Shown: positions 1 to 10,541, counted from the stretch's first letter. The stretch: DNA of 33,144 bases from a virus (IMGVR_UViG_641736163_000007:1-33144), one strand, 5' to 3'. Numbers and translations: made by a program. Notes: generated by a model from the sequence alone, not told the origin.

Positions 1-1164
1 TCACTCATCATCTTCTGTTTCGTACTCCACATCAGAAAGCCTGACCTCAAGCTCTAAGGACGTCGTGAAGCCGCTATTATTCAGAAAATGTGTCACCTTA
101 GTGATGGTCCAGTCCTGCTCGTCTATGACGCGCTTAAAGCCTGACACCTTAACCGGTGTTTCCGTGTAAATATCTGCCCGACCGGTAGCCAGGCTGATGG
201 AGAACTCCGCAACGCCCCGTTGCAGTTTATCCCACTTCGCCTGAGCGGCGCGCATGGCCTGCGCTTTCGTGGCATATACCGTGGTCAGGGCAAAAACATT
301 GTCATCCTCACCGGCCATGTATTCACCTTCGCGCGCTTCCGGTACTTTTGGCGCTTTCTTCTGCGTGACCGGTTTCGCTTTCGGGTGCTCCAGTGCGCGC
401 AGGTGTTTCTCTTTCTTTTTGCGTTTCAGTTTTACCTTCTGCTTTTGTGGCTTCGGGTCTTTGGTGTGTAACCACTTTGCCGTTACGCCGGTGTAGGCTC
501 CACGGTCAGCAATCGCAAAATGATGACGGTCGCCGTCGCTGCGGGCGATGGTAATCTGCGGGATTTTTTTACCGCTGGCCGTCACCCCCTGCCCCGCTTT
601 GAGAAACAACAATTTTCCCATTTTTACCGACACCTCACCGCCGTTGCGTTCAGCAAGGCGGGTCAGGAATTTTGCATCAGACTCCTGCGACTGGTCGATG
701 TGCGGGATTTTAATTCCGGCCAGTGACGGAGCGACACTGGCTTCCAGCCTGTTACGGGAGGCTATCGCCTCAACAATCGCACCGAGCGTGGTGTCATGCC
801 AGGAGCCTTCACGGCGGGAATTGAGCGTCCCGCGAAAATCTGCACTCCGGGCGCGGATAGTGACCACATCCGGCGCGCCCCTGTGTTCAACCTCATCAAC
901 GGTGAATTTCCCTTTGCATACCAGGGCAAAACCTTTCCAGCCGATATACACCGTCAGGACAGCGCCACGAACCGGCAGCCCGACCTGCCCGTCGGCATCG
1001 TTCAGTTCAATATCAAGCTGGTCAGCCTCAAAGCCCCGGTTATCCGTCAGGGTCATGCTCATCAGACGGTCGCTGATATTGCCGGTAATATCCCTGCTGT
1101 CGAGCATCAGCATGTAATCCGGCGTCAGCGTACTGCCTGCATCAAATGTCAGCGCATCCAGCAT
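1..1164 (-). CDS. D: Tail protein D (late tail gene at end of FI-D operon)
   Basis: 387-aa ORF ending at the window edge; size and position after U/T match P2 gpD; Lys-rich central linker; synteny with full P2 tail cluster. Confidence 0.85.
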   Translation of the reverse strand: MLDALTFDAGSTLTPDYMLMLDSRDITGNISDRLMSMTLTDNRGFEADQLDIELNDADGQVGLPVRGAVLTVYIGWKGFALVCKGKFTVDEVEHRGAPDVVTIRARSADFRGTLNSRREGSWHDTTLGAIVEAIASRNRLEASVAPSLAGIKIPHIDQSQESDAKFLTRLAERNGGEVSVKMGKLLFLKAGQGVTASGKKIPQITIARSDGDRHHFAIADRGAYTGVTAKWLHTKDPKPQKQKVKLKRKKKEKHLRALEHPKAKPVTQKKAPKVPEAREGEYMAGEDDNVFALTTVYATKAQAMRAAQAKWDKLQRGVAEFSISLATGRADIYTETPVKVSGFKRVIDEQDWTITKVTHFLNNSGFTTSLELEVRLSDVEYETEDDE

Positions 1165-1643
1165 TATCCCGCCCCCGTCATACCCGTGAATCTGGTCGCC
1201 ATACTGCCAGCCTTACCGATGAGCGATTCCGCCTGTTTACCGATATCGCCATAAAGCGCGGCCAGTGATTCATCAACGCGGGTGAGCGACAGCGTAAAAT
1301 CAATTTTCCGGGGTGTGCCGTCTGCAAAGAAAATACTCCCTGTTTCACTCACCCTGCTGATGACATACATGCCGTAAATCATGCCGGTACCATCCAGCAA
1401 CGGCCACGCCCGGCCTTCCTCTGCCATCAGTCTGAGCGTGGTCATCGTCAGCTTTCCGCCTGTCAGTTCGGGATAAAGCACACCGGCAAGCGTAATGTTT
1501 TCCTCGCCAACACCGAGAAACTGAAAGGCATCCCGTTTACCGATACGGGAATTTGACGGCCAGCGATAATCTGATTCACGCTGCATGGTCTGGTGTGGCA
1601 GCGTCTGGCGCATAAAAACAAACATACCTAACGCGAGCATCAT
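1164..1643 (-). CDS. U: Tail protein U
   Basis: 159-aa ORF immediately downstream of tape measure gene, stop/start overlap with D; size matches P2 gpU. Confidence 0.85.
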   Translation of the reverse strand: MMLALGMFVFMRQTLPHQTMQRESDYRWPSNSRIGKRDAFQFLGVGEENITLAGVLYPELTGGKLTMTTLRLMAEEGRAWPLLDGTGMIYGMYVISRVSETGSIFFADGTPRKIDFTLSLTRVDESLAALYGDIGKQAESLIGKAGSMATRFTGMTGAG

Positions 1644-1657
1644 TTTTCCTCACCTCC

Positions 1658-4105
1658 TTAACCGTCATGCATCATGCTGGCACGGGCGCGCGCACGTTTA
1701 TCCCGCTCGTATTTTTCGAGCGCATCCTGTAACTGGCGGTCAAGCTGTGTCCCCGGCGCAGTACCACCCGTAAGGCTGATGTGATATTCGTTTTTACTCT
1801 GGTCTACATAAGAGCGACCAGCCGGTGCCGTGACCGGCTGATAAGCCTGATAGCCTGCATAAGAGCTGGTCGCCGGAATATAACCACTGCTGCCATACGT
1901 GGCGGCTTGAGTTCTGGCGGCGGTCTGGTCAAGTGTGTCTGACTCTTTGTTGATGACACCGAGTTTTTCCAGTACCCAGTCAATACCACTGCGCAGTTTG
2001 TTGAACGCATTAAGCGGCAGCATCAGCGCGTCAGCCAGTGCCTGCCCGAACATGACGCCCGTGTCACGGCAACGGTTCAGGGTGTCCTGGGTGGCTTTGA
2101 CCGGGGCAATCAGGTTTTTAAACCACTGCCACGCGGCCTGTAACTTTTCACCCAGCCAGTCAAACACCGGTTTAAGTGGCGTGAACAATTCCCCCACCGG
2201 CGCAAATGCCGCTTTCAGCCCTTCAACCACACCGCCAAAGAATGCGCTGACAGGCTCCCAGTATTTACGGATAAGCAACGCCCCGGCGACAATGGCGGCC
2301 ACCACAGCCACAACCGGCCAGCTAATCGCCCCGATGGCCGTCATAACGGCACTGCCAACCGTCGTGAAGATTGCCCCCATTGCGCCTGCTGCCGCGATGA
2401 TGGCATTGATGCCGGTGATAACCGGCCAGGCTACGAGGCCAATGGCACCAATGATGCCAGTCAGCGCCAGTGCAACACCGGCAATAATGCCGATGGTTGA
2501 CGCCAGTGATTTATTTTTCTGGATCCAGCCGTCGAGTTTTAACACATACTTTGTGGCCGTCTGCGTGAGCTTACGCAGTGCGCCTTCCTGCTGGTCAAAC
2601 AGGTCAGTCCCCACCGCCTCATAAGCGGACTGAAACTCCTTAAAGTCACCGCCGAGGTTGTCCTGCATGATATTTACCAGCTCTGCGGTCTTTCCGTCTG
2701 AGGCTTTAAACGCAGCGGTCAGTTTGTCCAGCTTTCCGGTTGAGGCGGCAGTCATCAGCACAGCGGCGGCTGAGCTGGCCTCCTCCCCGAAAATGGTTTT
2801 CATGTATTCAGCCTGCTGGGCAGTACCGAGCCGGTTTTTCTCAAAACTGGCCTGCATTTCTTTCAGAATGGTAAATACTGGCCGGGTGTTTCCCTTGCTG
2901 TCTGAGGTTTTCACACCAAGCTCTTTGAGTGCATCCCATGCTTTTCCCGTCGGTGCCTGCAGGCGGCTTAACACGGCACGGCTTCCCGTCCCCGCCATTG
3001 AACCGGTAATTTTTGCATCATGCAGTGCCCCGACCATTGCGGCGGTTTCTTCAATGCTGACACCGGCATTTTTTGCCACAGGTGCGGCATAGGTCAGCGC
3101 ATCGCTCATACCGTCAAAATCGGCGGCGGTTTTGTTCATCGTCATGGAGAGAACATCCCCGATATGAGCGACCTTATCGTTTGAAAGCTGAAAGGCGGAT
3201 TTCATCCCCATCAGCAGGGCGGCGTTTTCTTCCATCGTGCGACGGTTCGCCAGCGCCATATTCAGCGTGACCGGCGTTGCCGCCTGAATGGCATCAACAT
3301 CCCCACCGGCTTTCGCAATAATAATCTGCGCACCGGCTGCATCATCTGCCGAGGCTGCGGTATTATCGCCGAGCTGGCGCGCCTGTTTGCGTAGTGCGGC
3401 CATTTCGGTGGAGTCTTTTGCCACTCCGAGCACAGCCTGTAATTCTGAGTTTTTCTGCGCAAACTCATAACCGGGCATCAGCAGCTTAACTCCGGCCATC
3501 GTTCCCGCAGCAGCAATCCCCACACCGGCAGCGCCCACTGAGGCCATATTTCCGGCCAGTTCCTTTCCTGCCTGATAACGCTGTTTGACTGCGTTAAGTT
3601 TTGCCTGTTGTGCACTGACACGCGCCAGCGCGTCACGCTGACGGTTAAGCTGTGCGGTGGTTTCACTGATACGGTTTTTCAGTCCCTGCTCATCATGTGC
3701 AAGATTGCGGGTATTAATTCCCACAACGGCCAGTTCCCGCTGCTGGCGTTTAACGGAATCCGTCAGGCGGTTATATTTCGCCTGTAAGTCCTCCGCCGCA
3801 CGCTTTGCGGATTCCAGCACTTTCGCCTGAGCACGGGTCGGTCGTTCGGTATTTTTAAACTGTGTGGCAAGGGCTTCGGCTTCCTGCCGCGCCTTTTCAA
3901 GTGCATGACCAGTCACGGCAAGCTGTGCACTGGTCTTGCGAAATCCCTCAATACGGGATGCGTGACCGTTCAGCTCGCGCAGTGATTTTTGTGTTTCCCG
4001 GATATCCCCCGACAGCGACTTGCTCGCTGTGCGGATGGATTTAAACGGGCGGGATGCCTGGTCAACAGCCCTGAGCAATACCTGTAATTTTACATTGTTA
4101 CTCAT
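1658..4105 (-). CDS. T: Tail tape measure protein
   Basis: 815-aa ORF, coiled-coil-rich N-terminal half, long Ala/Gly/Ile-rich hydrophobic segment mid-protein, located after the E/E' chaperone pair; size matches P2 gpT. Confidence 0.9.
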   Translation of the reverse strand: MSNNVKLQVLLRAVDQASRPFKSIRTASKSLSGDIRETQKSLRELNGHASRIEGFRKTSAQLAVTGHALEKARQEAEALATQFKNTERPTRAQAKVLESAKRAAEDLQAKYNRLTDSVKRQQRELAVVGINTRNLAHDEQGLKNRISETTAQLNRQRDALARVSAQQAKLNAVKQRYQAGKELAGNMASVGAAGVGIAAAGTMAGVKLLMPGYEFAQKNSELQAVLGVAKDSTEMAALRKQARQLGDNTAASADDAAGAQIIIAKAGGDVDAIQAATPVTLNMALANRRTMEENAALLMGMKSAFQLSNDKVAHIGDVLSMTMNKTAADFDGMSDALTYAAPVAKNAGVSIEETAAMVGALHDAKITGSMAGTGSRAVLSRLQAPTGKAWDALKELGVKTSDSKGNTRPVFTILKEMQASFEKNRLGTAQQAEYMKTIFGEEASSAAAVLMTAASTGKLDKLTAAFKASDGKTAELVNIMQDNLGGDFKEFQSAYEAVGTDLFDQQEGALRKLTQTATKYVLKLDGWIQKNKSLASTIGIIAGVALALTGIIGAIGLVAWPVITGINAIIAAAGAMGAIFTTVGSAVMTAIGAISWPVVAVVAAIVAGALLIRKYWEPVSAFFGGVVEGLKAAFAPVGELFTPLKPVFDWLGEKLQAAWQWFKNLIAPVKATQDTLNRCRDTGVMFGQALADALMLPLNAFNKLRSGIDWVLEKLGVINKESDTLDQTAARTQAATYGSSGYIPATSSYAGYQAYQPVTAPAGRSYVDQSKNEYHISLTGGTAPGTQLDRQLQDALEKYERDKRARARASMMHDG

Positions 4106-4525
4106 TCGTGTTTCCGCTTCGCCGGAGCGCCTTTTCGCGCCATGTGATGAGTTCGGTCAGGCTCATGGGATACAGTTCTGATGGCGGCCAGTGAAATATC
4201 ACTGCAACATCCGCCATCAGGTCATCGACCGAGAGATTTTTCGGAAACGTCACTGCACCGAGTTCGGCGACAAAAAACCGACCACCTTACCTGCCAGCGC
4301 CACAAGGTCAGGCAGTTCCAGCGCGGCGACTTCCTGCTCAGTCAGCATCGGTGCGGTCATGCGCGGCAGCACCTTAATCAGTGCATCGACTTCGGAGTTT
4401 GCGACCGCAGCCAGACTGACACCGCGCAGCGTCCCCGCACTGGGTTTCATCAGCGTGACCTGTTCGATAACCTGCTCACCACGCTTGACCGGATTGTCCA
4501 GGGTAATCACATTTTCTTTGTTCAT
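4098..4525 (-). CDS. E+E': Tail assembly chaperone E+E' produced by programmed -1 ribosomal frameshift
   Basis: After a -1 shift at GGTTTTTTG (plus coords 4271-4279) the reading frame stays open to a TAA at 4098-4100, overlapping the T start; classic tape-measure chaperone arrangement. Confidence 0.7.
4250..4525 (-). CDS. E: Tail assembly chaperone E
   Basis: 91-aa ORF between tube gene FII and tape measure T; contains slippery GGTTTTTTG near its 3' end. Confidence 0.85.
   Translation of the reverse strand: MNKENVITLDNPVKRGEQVIEQVTLMKPSAGTLRGVSLAAVANSEVDALIKVLPRMTAPMLTEQEVAALELPDLVALAGKVVGFLSPNSVQ
4271..4279 (-). other. Slippery heptamer for E/E' -1 frameshift (GGTTTTTTG on coding strand)
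   Basis: Read directly: complement of caaaaaacc; located 7 codons before E stop. Confidence 0.7.
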
Positions 4526-4581
4526 GGTTTTCTCACTTCTGAATCGGTGTTAACCGGTCAGCCGGGCTGACCGGATGAAAA

Positions 4582-5100
4582 TCACAGGCCGATATTGCGG
4601 CGGTGTTGCTCCAGCCGGTCGACGCCGTTCACCTTCTCAATCATGTTGATGGTGTCAATTTCGACCAGCTCCTTACCGTCCATCGTCAGCCGGAAATAGG
4701 TGCAGACCACGGAGATTTTCGACTCGGTGTCTTCTCCCTGTTTACCCTCGCCGGTGTCGATTTCTTTCTGACGGCCACGCATGACCACCTCGACGGCCAC
4801 CGTTTCGCCGGTATCGTCACGCTGGTAAGAGCCTGCAAAACGAATCGGCACGGCATCCACACCGGTTGCGGCGTAAAGCTCCCAGATAACCGAATCCGGG
4901 AAGCCCCCGAGCGACCACTCCATTGACAGCGCATCGTCATCAAGGCCGAGGTCTACCGGTGCGCTTCCGTTCATCCCCGCACCGCGATAGTTTTCGAATT
5001 TACGGGTCAGTTTTGGCAGCGTGACGGACTTTGCAACGCCCTGATAGCTGTAGCCGTTCAGAAAGACGTTCATTAACTTGAGTTTGCGCGGCATTGCCAT
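4582..5100 (-). CDS. FII: Tail tube protein
   Basis: 172-aa ORF directly after sheath gene; size and order match P2 gpFII. Confidence 0.9.
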   Translation of the reverse strand: MAMPRKLKLMNVFLNGYSYQGVAKSVTLPKLTRKFENYRGAGMNGSAPVDLGLDDDALSMEWSLGGFPDSVIWELYAATGVDAVPIRFAGSYQRDDTGETVAVEVVMRGRQKEIDTGEGKQGEDTESKISVVCTYFRLTMDGKELVEIDTINMIEKVNGVDRLEQHRRNIGL

Positions 5101-5112
5101 CGGTCAGGCTCC

Positions 5113-6303
5113 TTAATTGCTGTTAACCGAGGTAACCAGACTTGCCAGGTATCTGGAAGTAATACGCTGGCGCAGGGTCAGGTTTTCGAGAGGAGGCACC
5201 GGGGTATAGTCGTAGTCGATATACAGTTTTCCGGCCTTGAGGGTTTCCGCATCATTGGCTTCTTCACTGAACCAGCATGTGCCATCCACGATATAACCGT
5301 TGTTTTTCAGTTCGCGGAATTTGGCATTAATGCCATCAATGATGTCGCGAATCAGCGTTGCGGTAATTGGCTTATCAATAGCCCACATGTGCGCCTCGGC
5401 CATCGTGTCGGCCAGTACCTGCGCGGTGCGGGTGTAGCTTTCAAAGAGGAACAGCGGGTCATCAGAGCAGGTACGGTTACCCCAGAAGCGGAAGCCGTCG
5501 CGGCGAATCAGCGTAGTGATGCCTGACTCATTAAGCAGGTCAGCATCAGTGCCGGACTTCTGCAAATCCCAGAATACAGAGGCGCTGATGCCGGTAACAC
5601 CGTTCACCCCGACATTGGACAACGTTTTATGCCAGCCCTGCTCCTGGTCGATTTTGGCACGCAGCCCCAGCGCACGGGCGGTGGCATACGCGGTGGCAGT
5701 GGTACTGGTAACCGTATCCCATGCGAGGAAATCCGGCCAGATGACCATCAGCTCACGCTGGCTGAAATTCTGACGGTAGGCTTTTGCCTCGGAAATGGTT
5801 TTACAGCCCCATGCGCTGATATACCCGAATGCATTCAGTTCCTGGCATACCGATGCCAGTGCGACGGCAACCTCTTTGGTGTCCAGTCCCGGTACGCCGA
5901 GAATGCGTGGTTTAACGCCGGTAACCGACTCCGCCCCCATCAGGGCTTTCAGCCCGGTGTACTGACCGTTTTCGTCGGTGGTGCCGATAATATTGGAAAC
6001 GGTCTGCGCGAGTTTCGTTTCTTCGTCGTCGCCGGTGCCGTCTTCCACGCGTACGACAACGGTGACCGGTTTTGACTGGTCAGCGATGGCCTGCAACGAC
6101 GCCGCCAGCGTACCTTTTTTACCGGCCTTTGCAATTGCGCTCTGCACATTGGTAATCAGCACCGGTTTATTGAGGGGGAATGTTTCCGCATCCGCATCGC
6201 TGGCCGTGCAGACCATGCCGACAATGGCCGTGGATACGGTGGAAATGACGCGGGTGCCCTCGTTAATCTCCAGCACCTGCACTCCGTGATGATAGTCACT
6301 CAT
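5113..6303 (-). CDS. FI: Contractile tail sheath protein
   Basis: 396-aa ORF heading the FI-FII-E-T-U-D cluster; size matches P2 gpFI. Confidence 0.9.
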   Translation of the reverse strand: MSDYHHGVQVLEINEGTRVISTVSTAIVGMVCTASDADAETFPLNKPVLITNVQSAIAKAGKKGTLAASLQAIADQSKPVTVVVRVEDGTGDDEETKLAQTVSNIIGTTDENGQYTGLKALMGAESVTGVKPRILGVPGLDTKEVAVALASVCQELNAFGYISAWGCKTISEAKAYRQNFSQRELMVIWPDFLAWDTVTSTTATAYATARALGLRAKIDQEQGWHKTLSNVGVNGVTGISASVFWDLQKSGTDADLLNESGITTLIRRDGFRFWGNRTCSDDPLFLFESYTRTAQVLADTMAEAHMWAIDKPITATLIRDIIDGINAKFRELKNNGYIVDGTCWFSEEANDAETLKAGKLYIDYDYTPVPPLENLTLRQRITSRYLASLVTSVNSN

Positions 6304-6387
6304 CCGTTTAACTCCGTGGTTAATGGGTGCAACTATTTTCTGTTGGGCAGTGCATGAGACGCTATTTGACCTGACTGGTCAGTGGAT

Positions 6388-6426
6388 GAAACAACAGATA
6401 AAGAAAAGGCGGGCAATCAACCCGCC
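6388..6426 (-). terminator. Putative rho-independent terminator for the cargo transcript
   Basis: GGCGGG-caatcaa-CCCGCC hairpin (6408-6426) followed on the minus strand by TTTTCTTTATCTGTTGTTTC. Confidence 0.45.
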
Positions 6427-6737
6427 AGTCTTGATTTGTACTCGCTCAGTTTCCAACTGACAATTTACGTAGCCAAAATGCTATCAGCTCTGACAGCCAG
6501 CTTTGAGCGAGTCGAAAAAGTTCATACCTTTCTGTTGGTGAAGGTTTAACTAACAGTTCAACCTATCAATTAATTGATGAACAGGTTGAGGCGTTTTTAA
6601 TATCTCTGCGTCATCTGAGACGATTTTGCGCTACAGGATTTATGGCTTATCTGGGGGCATTCTTGAGCCCTGACTCCTCTGAAAACATAATTAGGCCATA
6701 CCTGTGACCTGCTCTTCGTTGGTAAGGTTAGCGAATA

Positions 6738-7847
6738 TTAATCTGAGTCCATTTTCCCAAACTCTGTCAGGCCGAAAACGGAGCTACCAGAAACATGAGC
6801 TTGTAAGCCCGCTTCCTGCATTTCACTCAATTCAACTTCCTGGCTATCCTCTAATCCGATAGAGAACATGGGATAGGCCCAGTTCCAATTCGGATCAGGA
6901 ACCAAACTATTATTCTCTATCTTGAAAAAGCTGACCATGAGATGATGCCTTCCCTGTATCGCCTCTTCATCATTGATGTTGACCAGTACACCAAAGTGCT
7001 TGTAGCCGGCTTGTCCATTCTCGAACATTTTTATCTTGGTGCCGTTTCTGAACATCCAAAAAGAATGATTTCCAGTGGAATCAGCGACCTGCAAGTTATC
7101 TTCGTCAATTTCCCAATTAAGATATTGTTTGATATCAGACTTTGGTTTGAGTTTTTCGTCATTACTAAACCATTGTATTGCCGGAAGTGGAAGGTGAAGA
7201 CCTTCCGGCTGGGGAGGCTGACCTGCAGCAATGGAATGCATGATCTCTGTCATTGATGGAAGCCCCATCAAATGCCATACATCATGGATATCCTTTTTAA
7301 GTATAAGAAGCCCTTTGGATACACCATCCGCGTAAGTTGACTTTAAGCGGACTAGTATGTCCTTGTTACCATCTTTGTCGAGGTCTTCAATGTTTACTGA
7401 AGAAGCCACAACCTCGTCGTCCCCTGCGTCTGGGATGATTGCCCAATACCCAATATCGTAGAATCCAGGTCTGCCAACCACCTTATCTATCAGACTCTGT
7501 CCAGAGGGCTCGAAGACCATCAGGAAACGGCTAAGGGCACCATTTGTGCTCACAGCTCTTCCGTAGACTACAACGGAGTTTGAGGTGCTTAGATCGAGAG
7601 ACTCGCTAGCCACTGAGTCAAACGCCACTGAGTCCAAATGTGTGGCAAGCTGCTGCTGGATGCACTCCCGAGCCATTTCAACTAATTTTTCGCGAACATC
7701 AGCAGATCGTATTGGCTGTGAAGTGAAATGGAAAAGCCCTACTGTAGCCGCTATGCCTATTATTCCCGAAATAACGGTACTTAGAACCTGCTCCTTTACC
7801 ACTTTCACAACTTTCATCAATAGCTTCTTCAACTTCACTTCAGGCAC
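6738..7847 (-). CDS. Hypothetical membrane-anchored protein, cargo at the Z/fun position (start may be ATG at 7817)
   Basis: 369-aa ORF in a visibly AT-richer segment flanked by about 430 and 300 bp of non-coding DNA; Lys-rich N-terminus followed by one hydrophobic helix (VLSTVISGIIGIAATVGLFHF); DLDKDGNKD loop resembling a DxDxDG Ca-binding motif; no family recognised. Confidence 0.7.
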   Translation of the reverse strand: MPEVKLKKLLMKVVKVVKEQVLSTVISGIIGIAATVGLFHFTSQPIRSADVREKLVEMARECIQQQLATHLDSVAFDSVASESLDLSTSNSVVVYGRAVSTNGALSRFLMVFEPSGQSLIDKVVGRPGFYDIGYWAIIPDAGDDEVVASSVNIEDLDKDGNKDILVRLKSTYADGVSKGLLILKKDIHDVWHLMGLPSMTEIMHSIAAGQPPQPEGLHLPLPAIQWFSNDEKLKPKSDIKQYLNWEIDEDNLQVADSTGNHSFWMFRNGTKIKMFENGQAGYKHFGVLVNINDEEAIQGRHHLMVSFFKIENNSLVPDPNWNWAYPMFSIGLEDSQEVELSEMQEAGLQAHVSGSSVFGLTEFGKMDSD

Positions 7848-7888
7848 CTAAATACTATTAAACTTGTCATGGGAAAATCCGATTATTA

Positions 7889-8056
<168 letters not shown>

Positions 8057-8145
8057 TCACGTCCGCTCCTAGCACAGAGCGGACAGTCAGATTAGGTTTT
8101 ACTCTGTGCCATAGATGAGTAATCTCACACCAGAGCTAATACGAT

Positions 8146-8724
8146 TTATTGCGGCATTTCTGGCCATTCTATATCCGGAGTATTTTCCGACTGAACGCGA
8201 TTCAGTAGCACACGGTATTTTTTCCAGTGTGTCAGGCTTAACCTTTCTTCCTCGGTAGCCATATCTAAATCGACAGCATCCTGCAGCGTGGCAATAATTT
8301 CACCTGCATATGCAACCAGCTCTTTCTTCTGAGAGTCAGCCGCTCTGACAAGCGCATCACGCTCTGCATTCTCATCATTCACCCACGCATTTCCGTTCCA
8401 TTTCTGATAATCCCCATCCGGGGAAATGGCTGTCACGTCTGGAGGTAATGCGCCAAGTTCAGAAATATAAATGGCTGCTCCTGTTTTTGTTTCATAGACA
8501 GTCTTTCCACGATGGTCTTCCACCAGATCCCATTTCATTTCATCTGCATTGAAAACGGCGGCAAAACCCACCGGAATATCTGGAGGTGCAATGTCTGTAC
8601 TGTTTGCAGGAAGACCTGTATGCGGCGGAATATATGCGTCACTTTCGCCAATAAATTCATTGGTTCCATCAAGTAAATTGAAAACGCGGATAGTTTGTGT
8701 CTCTGCACTCATTCTGAAAGTCAT
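8146..8724 (-). CDS. G: Tail fibre assembly protein
   Basis: 192-aa ORF immediately after tail fibre gene, start overlapping H stop (TAATG); position and size consistent with a P2-type tail fibre assembly chaperone. Confidence 0.8.
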   Translation of the reverse strand: MTFRMSAETQTIRVFNLLDGTNEFIGESDAYIPPHTGLPANSTDIAPPDIPVGFAAVFNADEMKWDLVEDHRGKTVYETKTGAAIYISELGALPPDVTAISPDGDYQKWNGNAWVNDENAERDALVRAADSQKKELVAYAGEIIATLQDAVDLDMATEEERLSLTHWKKYRVLLNRVQSENTPDIEWPEMPQ

Positions 8725-10541
8725 TATGCCAGCCTCACAATATAGTTATACGCAACGTTTTTTACGGTGTTCTCTGAATTACCTGTGGCACTTACAGTGA
8801 CGGTATGACTATGCGCGCCAATCGCAATGGAATGGCTGTAAGCACCAATGCCAACCGTGTGATTATGCTGACCAATGTCGACTGTATGGGCGTGTGCTCC
8901 CGCAGAGCTTGACACCTGGTTGGTTCCTGATACCTGTACGCGTTGTTTACCCCCGATGGAGTCACCACCGTAACGACCACCGACAGTGTGTGTATGCGCT
9001 CCCGTATTGTTTGTCGTTTTTGTGCCGTGGTTAAACGTGCTGACCGTTTTTGTCCCGTAATCAAACGAACTGGTTGTTTTCGTCCCTAAATCCGTACTGG
9101 ATGCACTGGCACTGTGGGTATGTGATTTAATTCCGTCCTGTTCCTGTGATAATACGGCGCGACCACTGGCGGGTTTGCCCTTGATTGTCCAGCCGCGCAT
9201 ATCTGGAATCACCCCTGACGGATAAGCTACTGCAAGCAGGGGATAGGCTGCTTTATCAAAAGCCTGCCCCTGCATCAGGGCATAGCCTGTAGGTACTGAA
9301 TCAGAAGGCCACGGGATTGGAGCACCTACCGGAAATGAATCCTGCGGTGTCCATGGTGTCCAGCCACCCGTTGAATACTGGCTGCGGGTATAGCTTCTTG
9401 ATGTGTTATAGACATAGTAAATTTGTGTTATTCCGGCATTTCTAAGCACAACCAGAGTACCTGCAAGATTCTCCGGGTATTTCAGCGATGCGCTTGTATT
9501 CGCATTCAGTGGCTGATGGTACAGTCCCGGCGTTTTGTAATTATCCAGATTCTGGTTTGCACCAATCCCAATACTCTGACCGTTAAAAATATCCTGCGAT
9601 GTAATATTGACATCATTGGTCAGCGGTTTGCCATTGACCTTACGCTCACCAGGAACGCGCCCGTTTGCATTGTCATTCGCGGCTTTAACCGCTTTTGGAG
9701 TCGCGGCAAGTGTTTCAGAATCGCTGTTAGTGGCGCTGCTTAACTGAACAATCCCTTTTCGTGCCGTGGTGGCGTCCTGTGCAGTGTATTTGCCATTAGC
9801 AAGGTCATATGCTGTCTTAACCGCCTTTGGCGTTGCTGCGAGCGTCTCAGATTCGCTGTTGATGGCACTACTTAGCTGAACAAGACCTTTTCGCCCCGTG
9901 CTGGCGTCCTGTGCAGTATATTTCCCGTTAGCAAGGTCATAGGCGTCCTTTACCGCTTTCGGCGTTGCGGCCAGTGTTTCAGACGTGCTGTTGGTCGCGC
10001 TGCTTAACTGAGTAAAACCTTTTGCGGTCAGCGAGGCGTCCGGGTGACGTCGTGACTGTTCATGCTCTGCAATCTTGTCATCAACGTAATCCTGCGTTGC
10101 CATCACTGTTGTGGTGTCGATGGTCAGATCCACTGAGGCCACACTGCTGACGATAATGACTATGCGGCAGGTCTGCGAACGTCCTGAGCCTTCGGCAAGA
10201 GCTGGCTTATAACTTTCGGCCATGTTCGCCACAGCAATTAACGTTCCCGCATCATCGTACAGGCCAAGCTCACGCGTCCAGAAACCGCCCACCTCCGGCG
10301 GGATGACCAGCTCTGCGATAATATAATTACTGTGTCGATTGGCCTGACTGATTTTATTCAGGGCATGTCGCCAGACCTCATTAACAAGTTTTGTCTGTCC
10401 GGCATCCGGCACCGGCAATTGACCGCCACCGTCCCCGACGGCCATCGTGGTAATGTTGACCTTCCGCCCTCCCGGCGCGGTTGCCGCTGCCAGCTTTGCT
10501 GCACCGGCAGTGGTGATAACGGTTTTGAATTTTGTGCTCAT
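8724..10541 (-). CDS. H: Tail fibre protein
   Basis: 605-aa ORF after baseplate genes; three in-frame 44-aa repeats; His-rich HxH-repeat C-terminal tip. Confidence 0.85.
   Translation of the reverse strand: MSTKFKTVITTAGAAKLAAATAPGGRKVNITTMAVGDGGGQLPVPDAGQTKLVNEVWRHALNKISQANRHSNYIIAELVIPPEVGGFWTRELGLYDDAGTLIAVANMAESYKPALAEGSGRSQTCRIVIIVSSVASVDLTIDTTTVMATQDYVDDKIAEHEQSRRHPDASLTAKGFTQLSSATNSTSETLAATPKAVKDAYDLANGKYTAQDASTGRKGLVQLSSAINSESETLAATPKAVKTAYDLANGKYTAQDATTARKGIVQLSSATNSDSETLAATPKAVKAANDNANGRVPGERKVNGKPLTNDVNITSQDIFNGQSIGIGANQNLDNYKTPGLYHQPLNANTSASLKYPENLAGTLVVLRNAGITQIYYVYNTSRSYTRSQYSTGGWTPWTPQDSFPVGAPIPWPSDSVPTGYALMQGQAFDKAAYPLLAVAYPSGVIPDMRGWTIKGKPASGRAVLSQEQDGIKSHTHSASASSTDLGTKTTSSFDYGTKTVSTFNHGTKTTNNTGAHTHTVGGRYGGDSIGGKQRVQVSGTNQVSSSAGAHAHTVDIGQHNHTVGIGAYSHSIAIGAHSHTVTVSATGNSENTVKNVAYNYIVRLA
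9685..10040 (-). repeat. Approx. 2.7 tandem copies of a 132-bp in-frame repeat inside tail fibre gene H
   Basis: Units begin at 9685, 9817 and 9949 (ttaaccgc... motif); encode repeated [35 protein letters not shown] segments. Confidence 0.85.

Noticed and set aside
548-1254. Plus-strand ORFs of 189 and 152 aa inside tail gene D
   Set aside because: Antisense to D, Ser/Pro/Arg-rich composition typical of out-of-frame GC-rich translation.
1935-3092. Plus-strand ORFs of 229 and 144 aa inside tape measure gene T
   Set aside because: Antisense to T; low-complexity Ala/Ser/Pro-rich; no ribosome-binding sites noted.
8063-8086. GTCCGCTC-N8-GAGCGGAC hairpin downstream of G
   Set aside because: No T-tract on the minus strand following the stem; cannot support it as a terminator for G.
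9685-10040. Possible CRISPR-like array suggested by tandem repeats
   Set aside because: Repeats are 132 bp, contiguous with no spacers, and in frame within tail fibre gene H; they are protein-coding repeats.
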